A DNA stretch of 64,000 nucleotides, taken from NCBI GenBank assembly GCA_016212795.1, contig JACRDT010000004.1:23812-87811 (forward strand), read 5' to 3'. A program made the position numbers and the translations under genes. Shown here piece by piece: positions 8,395 to 17,309 of the stretch (the first letter of the stretch is position 1; every line of letters starts with the position of its first letter). Source of the DNA: Elusimicrobiota bacterium. Lineage in GTDB: Bacteria > Elusimicrobiota > Elusimicrobia > UBA1565 > UBA9628. The notes below the pieces were generated by a model. The model made no database searches and was not told the origin of the DNA. It saw nothing but the letters and a program-made list of their open reading frames with translations.

Positions 8395-10070
8395 GGGACC
8401 GTGAAGTTCCACGTTTCCACCGATTCCACCTTGTCGGGCGGGTCCGCGGCGAAGTGTTTGGCGCGGATTTCCACCGCGTGGGAGCTGCCGGGGGCGAAGG
8501 CCGAGGGAGGCGTGTAGGACACCGTGCCGTCGGAGGGAGCGTAAGCGCCTCCGACGGTGGATGCGTCCACCACGACGACGCCGTCGAGCGTCATCCGGAT
8601 GCTGGCGGGGTCGATGCCGCTCTGGTTGTCGGCGACGCGCGCGGAGATGACGGGCAGGTCCGACGATGCGGAGCCTCCGATGGGGTCCTTGTTGGACACG
8701 GCCGGGGCCGAGTTGTCGGTGTCCGGGAGCGCGAGGGTGAAGGTCCAGGACTGGGTGGCCTTGTAGCCGGCGTAGTCGCCGGCCTCCACGTAGGCCGTGT
8801 ACGCCCTGGAGCTCACGATCGGAACCGTGTTCGTGTTCGAATCGATCCAGACCGCGACGCCGGTGCCCGGGTCGTAGCGGTAGGCGACGGTGGCGCCGTC
8901 GATCTTGAACGTGATGACGTCCGGGCAGATGCCGCTGACGGCCGTGGTGGCCACCCCGACATCCGAGAGCGTCGCGCCGACGTAGGGTGCCAGCGTGCCG
9001 ATCGTGCCCGAGGGGATGGGGCCTGTGATGGCCGGGGGCTTGATGTCGAGCAGGATGGTGCGCTGGGTGATCGGGGAGGTGTAGCCGTCTTTCGCGGCCC
9101 GGGCCGAGAGCAGGTTGGCCCCTTCCACGAGGTTGGCCGTGACCGCGCCGGCGGCTATCGAGAAGGCCCCCGCGGCGTCGGCCCCGGAGCCGTCCAGGAT
9201 CCCGGAGGTTCCGACGTAGAGGTTCACGGCGGCCAGCGGGTCGGTCTCGCCGGATACGCTCAACGCGCTCGCTGCATCGGCCCGGGCCTGGACCACGTCC
9301 GAGGGATAAGGCTGGTCGATGACGAGGCCGCGGGAGCCCGCCAGCGCCGCGGTGTCGGCGCGGTACAGGTAGGCGTTGTTCGTCGGGGTCGAGACCTGGA
9401 GGAGCAGGACCGATTCGCTCGAGGGGTTGGGGGCGCCGGTGAACTGCTCGAGCGAGACGAGCTCCGTCTGCGAGCATGAGAGGCGTCCCTGCCTGTAGAC
9501 GTCGAAGGTCACCTTCTTGATGTGGGTGTCGGGCTGTTCGGCGACCGTGCGGCCTCCGGACGCGTAGGTGTCGTAGAAGTCGCCGTCCGCGTTCTGGTCG
9601 AAGTACCTGATGTTCGAGTCGTAGTCGTCGATGTCGTCGCCGTCGGCGTCCGTGAATGGCATGAGGTCCGAGGCCAGGCCGTTGGCGTTGGCGTCCGAGA
9701 GGTCGCGGCGCATAGGCGTGATCTGGATGCGGAAACGGTCGAACCTCGAGGACGACAGCGTGGCCTTGATCCCGTCCAGGGTCGCCTTGTAGGGATAGGC
9801 CGCCCACAACCCGTAGTTGGAGCTATTGGAGTCCGCGGCGAAGAGGGAGTAGAAATCGACGTTCTTGACCCTCGCGAAGCCCGTCTGGGCCATGCGGGCG
9901 CAGGTGGCCTGCTCCCTCGCCTTGAAGGCCACGACCGTCCCCTTCTGGATCAGCGAGAGGAGTGACAGGCCCACCGTGGTCATGATGACCATGGCCAGGA
10001 CCGTCTCCAGGAGCATGGAGCCTGCCCGGTCCTTGAGAAGCCCGACCACGCCGGAGCGCCGCCGCTTCAT
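8391..10070 (-). CDS. Pilin-leader protein with Ca-binding-like loops and tandem Ig-like domains
   Basis: RAG|SMLLETVLAMVIM leader; DANANG, DADGDD, DQNADGD; Ig-like repeats (DIKPPAIT, DNSAPAVS, DNQSGIDPASIRMTLDG). Confidence 0.75.
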   Translation of the reverse strand: MKRRRSGVVGLLKDRAGSMLLETVLAMVIMTTVGLSLLSLIQKGTVVAFKAREQATCARMAQTGFARVKNVDFYSLFAADSNSSNYGLWAAYPYKATLDGIKATLSSSRFDRFRIQITPMRRDLSDANANGLASDLMPFTDADGDDIDDYDSNIRYFDQNADGDFYDTYASGGRTVAEQPDTHIKKVTFDVYRQGRLSCSQTELVSLEQFTGAPNPSSESVLLLQVSTPTNNAYLYRADTAALAGSRGLVIDQPYPSDVVQARADAASALSVSGETDPLAAVNLYVGTSGILDGSGADAAGAFSIAAGAVTANLVEGANLLSARAAKDGYTSPITQRTILLDIKPPAITGPIPSGTIGTLAPYVGATLSDVGVATTAVSGICPDVITFKIDGATVAYRYDPGTGVAVWIDSNTNTVPIVSSRAYTAYVEAGDYAGYKATQSWTFTLALPDTDNSAPAVSNKDPIGGSASSDLPVISARVADNQSGIDPASIRMTLDGVVVVDASTVGGAYAPSDGTVSYTPPSAFAPGSSHAVEIRAKHFAADPPDKVESVETWNFTVP

Positions 10071-10118
10071 ACGCCATAGTGTGGCGCGAAAACGGGCCCG
10101 GCTCAACCAAACTTCCGA

Positions 10119-11321
10119 TTAACTCTCAGGAGCGGCCAGGGGCAGGGTGACGAGGACTTCGGCGCCGCGCATGGGTCCCTCGCTGCGGAACACGACGTCC
10201 CCGCCGTGCTTCTGCACGATCCAGCGGACCACGAAGAGGCCCAGGCCGTGGCCTCCCTTGCGGGCGCGGGTGGTGGCGAACGGCTCGAAGATTCTGGGGA
10301 GCATGTCGGCCGCGATGCCCACGCCCGTGTCGCGGACCGACACCTCGAGCATGCCTTGGCGGCGGCTCCCTCGGACCTCGAGGCGGCCGCCGAACGGCAT
10401 CGCGAGGATGGCGTTGTCGAGGATGTTGAGGAAGACCTGGGCCAGGTGCCGTTCGCTGCCGCGAACCGCGTCTCCCTCGGCAAGCTCGTCGCGGAATTCG
10501 ATGACGTCCGTGGCGATGCCGGGCGAGAGCTTCCGGTAGGTCTCCTCCACCAGCCGCCGAAGCGGCACCGGGGCCAGGAGGAACTCCGACTCGCCCGTGA
10601 AGTCGAGGAAGTCGCTCAGGATGGCCGAGGCCCGCTCGACCTCATCCTCGATGAGCCGCAGCCGGTCCGCCGACTCCCGCGGCCCTTCCCGGCCGCCGAG
10701 GTCCTTGCGGACGGCTTCGGCATTGAGGAGGATCGTGTTGAGAGGCGTCTTGAGCTCGTGGAGGACGGACGCCGCGATGCGCCCGGCCATGGAGAGCCGC
10801 TCGAGCCAGGTCAGCCGCTCCCGGTACCGGTCGTCGGCGGACTCCTGGACGATCCGCGTGCCGTCGACCACCGCCGCGGCGAAAAAGGTCGTGGCCAGGA
10901 TGAGGGACAGGCGCAGGAGGAACGTCGTGGCCTCCGCGCAGTCCAGCGAGGGCAACGACAGGGCGCCGTAGACCAGGCAAGCGACGCCGCCGACGATGAA
11001 GCTGTGGCCCACTTTGCCCGACAGGCATGAGGAGAGGATGACCAGGAAGTAGGCCACGTAGAAGTCGCCCGAGGCGCCATGGGTGGCGCCGAGGACCATG
11101 GTCGTCGCCGCGATGTCGACGAGGAAGGTCCACGATGCCAGGGCTTGCGAGAGCTTGCCGAGGCGGCTGCGCTGGAACAGGACCAGGCTGGCGACGGCGT
11201 AGCCCGATAGGACCACGGCCAGCCACGGGCCGGCGTGGCTGGCGGCCGGGCGGTAGACCGTCTGCAGGACCAGGATCCCGAGGAGGACCGAGCGGAACAG
11301 CAGGAAATGGTGGGCGTTCAA
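10119..11321 (-). CDS. Membrane sensor histidine kinase
   Basis: About 5 TM segments, H-box HELKTPL, N-box NILDNA, DTGVG, GHGLGL. TTG11321 start inferred because the longer ORF would overlap the divergent regulator. Confidence 0.9.
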   Translation of the reverse strand: MNAHHFLLFRSVLLGILVLQTVYRPAASHAGPWLAVVLSGYAVASLVLFQRSRLGKLSQALASWTFLVDIAATTMVLGATHGASGDFYVAYFLVILSSCLSGKVGHSFIVGGVACLVYGALSLPSLDCAEATTFLLRLSLILATTFFAAAVVDGTRIVQESADDRYRERLTWLERLSMAGRIAASVLHELKTPLNTILLNAEAVRKDLGGREGPRESADRLRLIEDEVERASAILSDFLDFTGESEFLLAPVPLRRLVEETYRKLSPGIATDVIEFRDELAEGDAVRGSERHLAQVFLNILDNAILAMPFGGRLEVRGSRRQGMLEVSVRDTGVGIAADMLPRIFEPFATTRARKGGHGLGLFVVRWIVQKHGGDVVFRSEGPMRGAEVLVTLPLAAPES

Positions 11322-11346
11322 TCCAGTCTTTATATAATATTGGAGG

Positions 11347-12045
11347 ATGGAACCTAAAGTGCTCCTGGTCGATGACGACGCCGCTTTCCGCAAGACTCTC
11401 GCCGGGGTGCTGGGGGCCAACGGGTTCTCCACGCTCGAGGCGGCCAACGGTCTGAGCGGCATCCGCAAGGCCGCCGAGGAGAAGCCGGCCCTGGTCATCC
11501 TGGACCTGGTGATGCCGGACCTGCGGGGCACCGACGTGTGCAGGAAGCTCAAGTCCGGCCTGGCAACGGCCGGCATCCCCATCCTGATGCTCACGGGCAA
11601 CGACCGCGAGGGCCAGGAGGTCGCCTGCCTCGACATGGGCGCCGACGACTACTTGACCAAGCCGGTCCGCACCGAGCGGCTCCTGGCGCACTGCCGGGCC
11701 CTGCTGCGCCGGCTGCCCGCCGGGACGCCGCAGCGGCCGCCGATCGTCACCCTGGGCCGGTTGCGGCTGGACTACGAGCGCAAAGTGGTGGTCCTCGGCG
11801 CCAGGGACTACCCCCATCTCACGCCCAAGGAGTTCGAGCTCCTCTACTGCCTGGCCGGCTGCAGCCCGCACCCCCGCCAGCGCGCCGAGCTCTACCGCGA
11901 GGTCTGGGGCACGGACCCTCCCTCGGAGATGAGCCTGCGCACCGTGGAGGTGCACGTGCGCCGCATCCGGCTCAAGCTGGGGTGGAAGACCGGCCAGTGG
12001 CTCGCGGCCGTGTCCGGGCGGGGCTACTGCCTGGTCGCGGCCTGA
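11347..12045 (+). CDS. OmpR/PhoB-family response regulator
   Basis: LLVDDD, ILDLVMP, GADDYLTKP, LTPKEFELL, RTVEVHVRRIR, GRGY; GGAGG directly upstream. Confidence 0.95.
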   Translation: MEPKVLLVDDDAAFRKTLAGVLGANGFSTLEAANGLSGIRKAAEEKPALVILDLVMPDLRGTDVCRKLKSGLATAGIPILMLTGNDREGQEVACLDMGADDYLTKPVRTERLLAHCRALLRRLPAGTPQRPPIVTLGRLRLDYERKVVVLGARDYPHLTPKEFELLYCLAGCSPHPRQRAELYREVWGTDPPSEMSLRTVEVHVRRIRLKLGWKTGQWLAAVSGRGYCLVAA

Positions 12046-12052
12046 GCTCCGC

Positions 12053-12988
12053 TCAGGCCGCGATATCGAGGGTCGTGACCGCGAGCGTGGCGACGCCGGG
12101 CATGAGCTTGCCGTCCTCATCCTGGAGCTGGTCGCCGATCCAGGTCACGGGCTGGGGCTTGTGGCTGACCTCGAGGAAGCTCCGGCAGCCCTGGTCGTAG
12201 GCGGCCCAGACCGCGTCGAAGTGCTTCTCGAGGGTGAAGGGCTGGGCCGCGAGAAGCTCGGCGATCCTCTTGGGGTCGGTCTCCATGGCGCCCGACGTCC
12301 CCATGAAGACGGGGACCTTCGGGGGCGCGAGGCTGATGGAGGACAGGACCTTCTCCAGGGCCGGCCTGCAGGGGGCGAAGGCCGCGGTGTGGTAGGGGCC
12401 CTCGACCTTGAGCACCTTCACCTTGACGGGCCAGCCCTCGTCTTGGGCCTTGCGGGCCAGGGCCTCGATGTCGGCGAGCTTGCCGCCCGCGGTGCCCTTG
12501 CCGATGGCGTTGTGGAGGGCGAAGGAGACCCCGGGCCAGGCGTTGATGCGGTCCACGTAGTCGCCGATGAAGTCCGTCATCATGGCGGCCAGGCCCATGG
12601 GCTCCTTGAAGGTCCGGCAGACGTCGGAGAACGCCTGCGCGCGCGCGCGCATGAAGACGCCCGAGTCCTCCACGGACATGGCCCCGGCGGCCACCAGGGC
12701 CGCGGCGACGCCCATGGAGTGGCCGATGGCCCCGTCGAGCTCGAGGCCCGGGTGGGCGGCCTGGTAGGCGAAGAAGTGCCCTAGGTGGTGGGCGTGGATG
12801 GCCCGCTGGGCGTTGAGGGTGAGGGCCAGCTCGGCGTCGGGCATGGCGGTCGTGAGGTGCTCGAGGTCGGCCCCGAGGGAGGGCTTCAAGCGCTCGAGGA
12901 TCTCCCGGGCGGCCTTGTTCTTCCAGAGCTCGCGGCACATGCCCGTCTCTTGGACCGATTGGCCGGCGAAAATGACGCAATGTTTCAT
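12053..12988 (-). CDS. fabD: Malonyl-CoA:ACP transacylase
   Basis: IFAGQ, GHSMG nucleophile motif, GPYH; start MKHCV overlaps upstream stop. Confidence 0.85.
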   Translation of the reverse strand: MKHCVIFAGQSVQETGMCRELWKNKAAREILERLKPSLGADLEHLTTAMPDAELALTLNAQRAIHAHHLGHFFAYQAAHPGLELDGAIGHSMGVAAALVAAGAMSVEDSGVFMRARAQAFSDVCRTFKEPMGLAAMMTDFIGDYVDRINAWPGVSFALHNAIGKGTAGGKLADIEALARKAQDEGWPVKVKVLKVEGPYHTAAFAPCRPALEKVLSSISLAPPKVPVFMGTSGAMETDPKRIAELLAAQPFTLEKHFDAVWAAYDQGCRSFLEVSHKPQPVTWIGDQLQDEDGKLMPGVATLAVTTLDIAA

Positions 12989-14361
12989 GTCACCATGAAG
13001 CTGCACGCGGCAAACCGCCCCGAGTGCGAGATGGAGACCCCCCAGTCCTGGGGTTTGCCTTGGCGCACCACCCTCGGGATGTCGTCGATCTCCGTGAACG
13101 ACAGCGAGGCCGGAGACGGGATGTCGTCGGATGAGCCCGCGATGAGCTCGAGGCACAGCTCCCGCGCGAAATCCGAGGGGGAGCGGCCGGGAGGGACCGC
13201 CTCCACCCGCCAGAGCACGTCGCCCGGGGTCTGGCCGTCGCCGACGGCGCCGCCGCGCAGGACGGCGACGCAGTGGAGCTTGTCGCCGTCGTCGTCCGTG
13301 AAGGAGAGGCACAGCTCCAGCTGGCTGGGCAGGTGCCTGGCCTTGCCCTGGAAGAGCTCCACCTCGATGGTGGAGAACCCGCCGGGCAGCACCTTCACCC
13401 CGGCCTGGGCCAGGGCTTTGGAGGCGGCCTCCTTGGCCGCGTGGAAGCGCCAGAAGGTCCTGTAGACCTCGCGGGGCGGGCGGGAGCCGAGGTAGGCGGC
13501 CTCCTTGGCCGTGAGCAGCCGCTCGGCCCACTCGGGGTCGGCCTCGGCGAGGTCCGGACTGAAATGCTCGCGGGCCAGGGGGGACGCGAGGTCCACCACG
13601 TCGTTGCCGGAGCAGTTCTTGGCCATGGAGGAGGAGGCGAACCAGCGCTCCTGCAGCTCCCCGACCCTCCGGAAGAGCTCCTCGGCGACGGACCGCGGGG
13701 TGCTCTCCGGGCCGATCGCCGGGTCCCACAGCTCGGCGTAGATCCTGAAGGTCTCGCCGGCCGCCGGGTAGGCCGTGGTGCCGACCTGGGTCTCCCCGCG
13801 CATGTAGAGGCAGAGGAACTTCACATCGGGGACCCGCAGGGCCAGCCGGCCGAGGAAATCCTTGGGCCGGTGGGCCTCGAACCACCCGTTGCGGGCCCGG
13901 GTGGCCTCCGGGAAGACGAAGACCGTGCCCCCGGTCTCGAGGAGCCAGATGCATTTCTCGAAGGCCTTCTCGCGCCAGCGGACCGACCCTTCGTCATCCC
14001 CTCCCCTCAGGAAAGGGATGCAGCGGCAAAGGTACATGAAGGCCCGGATGAGGCGGCACTGCAGCCAGTTCCCCAGCTTGTAGTAGTTGGTGTACTCCGG
14101 GGTGGACCAGGGGATGCGGTTCCACCTCAGGGATTTGCTGAACGGGAAAATCGCGTAGTAGATCAGGAACGAGTCCCACAAGGTCAGGTGGTTGGCCGCC
14201 CAGATGAACGGCCCGTCGTGGGAGTCCAGCAGGGCCCAGACCTGCCGCCGGAAGGCGTCGACGTCCTTGAACGCGTAGCCCAGCCGCTTCTCGCCGGCGG
14301 CCCACAGGAAGAGGTGGACGAAGGGGGCGGCCGCGTTGGCCAGGCACCGCTGGAGCCGCAT
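12985..14361 (-). CDS. PlsC-type acyltransferase fused to 4'-phosphopantetheinyl transferase
   Basis: N-half NHLTLWD (HX4D) and FPEATR; C-half GNDVVDL, FHAAKEAASKA and SISHSG (PPTase motifs). Start could extend to 14478. Confidence 0.8.
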   Translation of the reverse strand: MRLQRCLANAAAPFVHLFLWAAGEKRLGYAFKDVDAFRRQVWALLDSHDGPFIWAANHLTLWDSFLIYYAIFPFSKSLRWNRIPWSTPEYTNYYKLGNWLQCRLIRAFMYLCRCIPFLRGGDDEGSVRWREKAFEKCIWLLETGGTVFVFPEATRARNGWFEAHRPKDFLGRLALRVPDVKFLCLYMRGETQVGTTAYPAAGETFRIYAELWDPAIGPESTPRSVAEELFRRVGELQERWFASSSMAKNCSGNDVVDLASPLAREHFSPDLAEADPEWAERLLTAKEAAYLGSRPPREVYRTFWRFHAAKEAASKALAQAGVKVLPGGFSTIEVELFQGKARHLPSQLELCLSFTDDDGDKLHCVAVLRGGAVGDGQTPGDVLWRVEAVPPGRSPSDFARELCLELIAGSSDDIPSPASLSFTEIDDIPRVVRQGKPQDWGVSISHSGRFAACSFMVT

Positions 14362-14424
14362 GCTCCGAGCCTCGCCCGCGGACAGCGCGGCCGTGCGCCC
14401 GGCCTGGGCAGTCAGGTCCAGGGG

Positions 14425-14454
14425 GCGGGAGGGCGCGGCGACGCGCCCTCCCGC
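14425..14454. terminator. 13-bp perfect stem-loop after the ACP-like gene (terminator or mRNA stabiliser)
   Basis: GCGGGAGGGCGCG-GCGA-CGCGCCCTCCCGC; no U-tract. Confidence 0.45.
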
Positions 14455-14526
14455 GCTGTGGTCCGGCGTTGGCGCCAAGCCGATGTCCTTGGGTCGGCCG
14501 GTCGCGACGCTAATAGGCCCTCATGG

Positions 14527-15453
14527 CTAACAGGCGACGGGGGTCGCGGCTCTCATGGCCTGCTGGCCGGCCTTCACGGACTCCGCCAGGACGGCGCGCG
14601 TCTCCTGGAACTTGGCCTCGTCGACCTTGGTCCGGCGCTCCGCGCCCCGGGCGGTCTCCTCCGAGACCACCAGCTTCTGGCGCATCATCCTGATGCGGGT
14701 CCTGACCTGGGCCTCCTCGGCGCGCAGGGAAGCCGCGCGGGAGGGGTCGTCCGTGGCCGTCACGCCCTTGAGCTTCTCGTTGATGAGCCGCAGCTCGGCG
14801 TCGAGGGAGTCGAAGGAGGCCTTGTCCGTCTGGAAGTCACCTTGCTTGGACGCGGCCAGGGCCGCGGCGTCGGCGAGCAGGGCCTCGTAGTCCTGCGTCT
14901 GCTGGACCAGGGACTGCAGGTTCGCCTTGGCCTCGGCCCGTTCGGCGGGGGCGAGCTTCTCGAGGCGGGCGAGGGTCTTGCGCAGGGCGTCGTTGAGCCG
15001 GTGGCCCGCGCCGACGGAGACGATCGTGGCGAAGGAGGCCACGCCCTCGAGGTACGCGGCGTCGGCCCGCATGTGCCCGAGCTCCATCAGCTTCTTGATG
15101 GTGAGGCCCGGCGTCGCCATGACCGAGTCCTGCCCCTCGAGGATGCGGAGCTTGCCGAGCTCCCCGTCGACGAGCGTGAACTCCGTCTCGCTGCCCTGGA
15201 CGGGGACCCTTGTCGTCTTCCTGGTCAGGAACTGGCGCTCGATGGACATGGTGATGTCGGCCAGGTTGGCGGACTCGATGCCCATCCCGACGATGTGCCC
15301 CAGGTAGGGCGTGTTCCCGTCGGCCTTGGTCCAGTTGGCCTCGTTGGTGGCGTATTTCTTGACGCCCGCGATGATGCGCTTCTCCGCGTCCTCCGGGGTG
15401 ATGGTGTTCAGGTCCACGGCCTCGACGACGGCTTCCTTGCGCTTGAATGCCAT
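14527..15453 (-). CDS. Acyl-carrier-protein domain fused to long C-terminal coiled coil
   Basis: GGGAGGT SD then MAFKRK; MGIESANLADITMSIERQF aligns with ACP helix II (G.DS...E/D..M..E..F); heptad-rich helical C-terminus; lies between fabF and the PPTase. Confidence 0.7.
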   Translation of the reverse strand: MAFKRKEAVVEAVDLNTITPEDAEKRIIAGVKKYATNEANWTKADGNTPYLGHIVGMGIESANLADITMSIERQFLTRKTTRVPVQGSETEFTLVDGELGKLRILEGQDSVMATPGLTIKKLMELGHMRADAAYLEGVASFATIVSVGAGHRLNDALRKTLARLEKLAPAERAEAKANLQSLVQQTQDYEALLADAAALAASKQGDFQTDKASFDSLDAELRLINEKLKGVTATDDPSRAASLRAEEAQVRTRIRMMRQKLVVSEETARGAERRTKVDEAKFQETRAVLAESVKAGQQAMRAATPVAC

Positions 15454-15461
15454 TTCTTGCG

Positions 15462-16772
15462 TTACCTCCCGTCCCAGTGTTTGAACAGCAGACAACCATT
15501 GACGTCGCCAAAACCAAAAGAAGCCTTGATCACAAGTTCAAGCGGTCGCTCGACGCATGCGCGGGGGATGCTCGACGCGACCGCTTGAATGCCCGGGTGG
15601 GTCTCCTCGCAGTTGATGGAGGGGTGGACGTAGCCCAAGTCGAGCTGGTCGATGGCCGCCACCGCCTCGATGGCGCCCGCGGCGCCCAGGGCGTGGCCGA
15701 TCATGGATTTCGTGGATTGGATGAGCGGGAACCGCTCGGGGGGCAGCTCCAGCGCCTTCATCCAGCTCGAGACCTCGGCCGGGTCGGCCCCCGTCGACGT
15801 CAGGTGGCCGTTGATGAGCCCGATGGAGGTGGGCTGCACGCCGGCGTCCTTGACGGTCCTGCGGACGCACCGGACCACGCCCTCGGGGTTGGGGAAGGTC
15901 ATGGAGCCTCCGTCGCGCTGGCCCCCGGAGTTGCAGTAGCCCGAGAGGAGCTCCGCGAGGATCGGGGCGCCGCGCCGGCGGGCCGACTCCAGCGTCTCGA
16001 TGCGCAGCACGCCGGCGCCGGAGCCCGGCACGAACCCGCAGGCGTTGGCGGCCATGGGCTGGGAGCCCTTCTCGGGCATCTCGTTGTACTTCGAGCACAG
16101 GACGTCGCGCATCGCGTCGAACCCTGCCCAGATCCCGTAGTGGGAGCCTTCGGCCCCGCCCACGTACATGGCGTCGGCGTAGCCCAGCTGGATCATGTTG
16201 AACCCGGCGAAGATCGCCTCGGTCCCGGTGTTGCAGGCCGAGCTGTTGCTGCTCGTGGGGCCGCCGAGGCCGAGGAACCGGCCGACCACGACGCTCGCCG
16301 AGCTCCCCATGATCTTGGGGACGATGTCGGCGCCCATGGGCGCCGGCCCGCGGCCGGGCTCGGCCTGGTCCGCGTCGGCCAGGGCCGGGCCCATCTCCTC
16401 GAGGATCGCGTCCATGCCGCCGATGCCGCAGCCCAGCATCACGCCGGTCTGCCAGTCCACGGAGCCGTCCTTGATGTCCTTGGAGAGGTCCACCTCGATG
16501 CCCGACGAGCGCGCGCACTCGACGGCGGCCAGGGCGGCGTAGACCTGGCACTCGTTGAGCTTGCGGTACTCGGGGCCCGGGATGACCTTGAGGATGTCCT
16601 CCTCGCAGAGGTCCGGGATGCCGCCGATCTGGCAGGAGAAATTGAGCTTCTGGAGGCTCTCGTGGCGCTGGATGCCGGAGCGCCCGGCCTTCAAGGCCTC
16701 CCTGAACGCGGGCACGCCGACGCCGTTGGGCGCCACCACCCCCATCCCGGTCACGACCACTCTTTTCCTCAT
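15462..16772 (-). CDS. fabF: Beta-ketoacyl-ACP synthase II
   Basis: RVVVTGMG, SSACNTG (catalytic Cys), NGHLTST, KSMIGH, SFGFG. Confidence 0.92.
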   Translation of the reverse strand: MRKRVVVTGMGVVAPNGVGVPAFREALKAGRSGIQRHESLQKLNFSCQIGGIPDLCEEDILKVIPGPEYRKLNECQVYAALAAVECARSSGIEVDLSKDIKDGSVDWQTGVMLGCGIGGMDAILEEMGPALADADQAEPGRGPAPMGADIVPKIMGSSASVVVGRFLGLGGPTSSNSSACNTGTEAIFAGFNMIQLGYADAMYVGGAEGSHYGIWAGFDAMRDVLCSKYNEMPEKGSQPMAANACGFVPGSGAGVLRIETLESARRRGAPILAELLSGYCNSGGQRDGGSMTFPNPEGVVRCVRRTVKDAGVQPTSIGLINGHLTSTGADPAEVSSWMKALELPPERFPLIQSTKSMIGHALGAAGAIEAVAAIDQLDLGYVHPSINCEETHPGIQAVASSIPRACVERPLELVIKASFGFGDVNGCLLFKHWDGR

Positions 16773-17257
16773 GGCGTCCCATTCTCCCGCGAGTCCCTGG
16801 GGACCCACATGCCGGCGGTGAAGCCCTCGAAGATGAGCTCTCCGTCCTGGGGGCCGCCGTCGAAGCGTATCTCGACGCAGGCCGCGAGCTTGCGGTTCCT
16901 GAAGTAGCCGTCCTCGCCGAACTCCGCCGTCACCCGGACCTTGTCGCCCGGCCGCACCACCTTCTTGAAGGCGCCCTGCTCGATCTGGGTGAAGTAGCCG
17001 ACCATGCCCTTGACCTCCTCGGTCGAGGTCTCCCGGGCCATGAAGTAGATCGCCCACGCCACGTTGCCGACCTGCGCGGACATCTCGACGAGCTTCACGC
17101 CGGGCACGACCGGGTTGCCCGGGAAGTGCCCGGCGCAGTCCTCTTCCTTCCAGGTGTAGGTGCCGACGATGTGGTCGTCGTCCAGCTCGACGATCTCGTC
17201 GATGAAGCGCATGGGCCGCTGCTGGGGGACCAGGGCCAGGACCTCGGCTGGGGTCAT
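16769..17257 (-). CDS. fabZ: 3-hydroxyacyl-ACP dehydratase
   Basis: PQQRPMRFID, GHFPGNPVVPGVKLVE..AQ, FKKVVRPGD. Confidence 0.9.
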   Translation of the reverse strand: MTPAEVLALVPQQRPMRFIDEIVELDDDHIVGTYTWKEEDCAGHFPGNPVVPGVKLVEMSAQVGNVAWAIYFMARETSTEEVKGMVGYFTQIEQGAFKKVVRPGDKVRVTAEFGEDGYFRNRKLAACVEIRFDGGPQDGELIFEGFTAGMWVPRDSRENGTP

Positions 17258-17264
17258 GTCGTGA

Positions 17265-17283
17265 GCCTCCCCCGCGGGGAGGC
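17265..17283. repeat. Core of the palindromic REP-like family
   Basis: GCCTCCCCCGCGGGGAGGC, same core as the copies at 18059 and ~35520. Confidence 0.6.
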
Positions 17284-17309
17284 GAGCATTGAGGGGGACG
17301 ATCGCCGTG

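Noticed and set aside
16334-16394. MG...MG segment in FabF as another 60-bp element
   Set aside because: Spacing is 57 bp and there is no similarity to the element core
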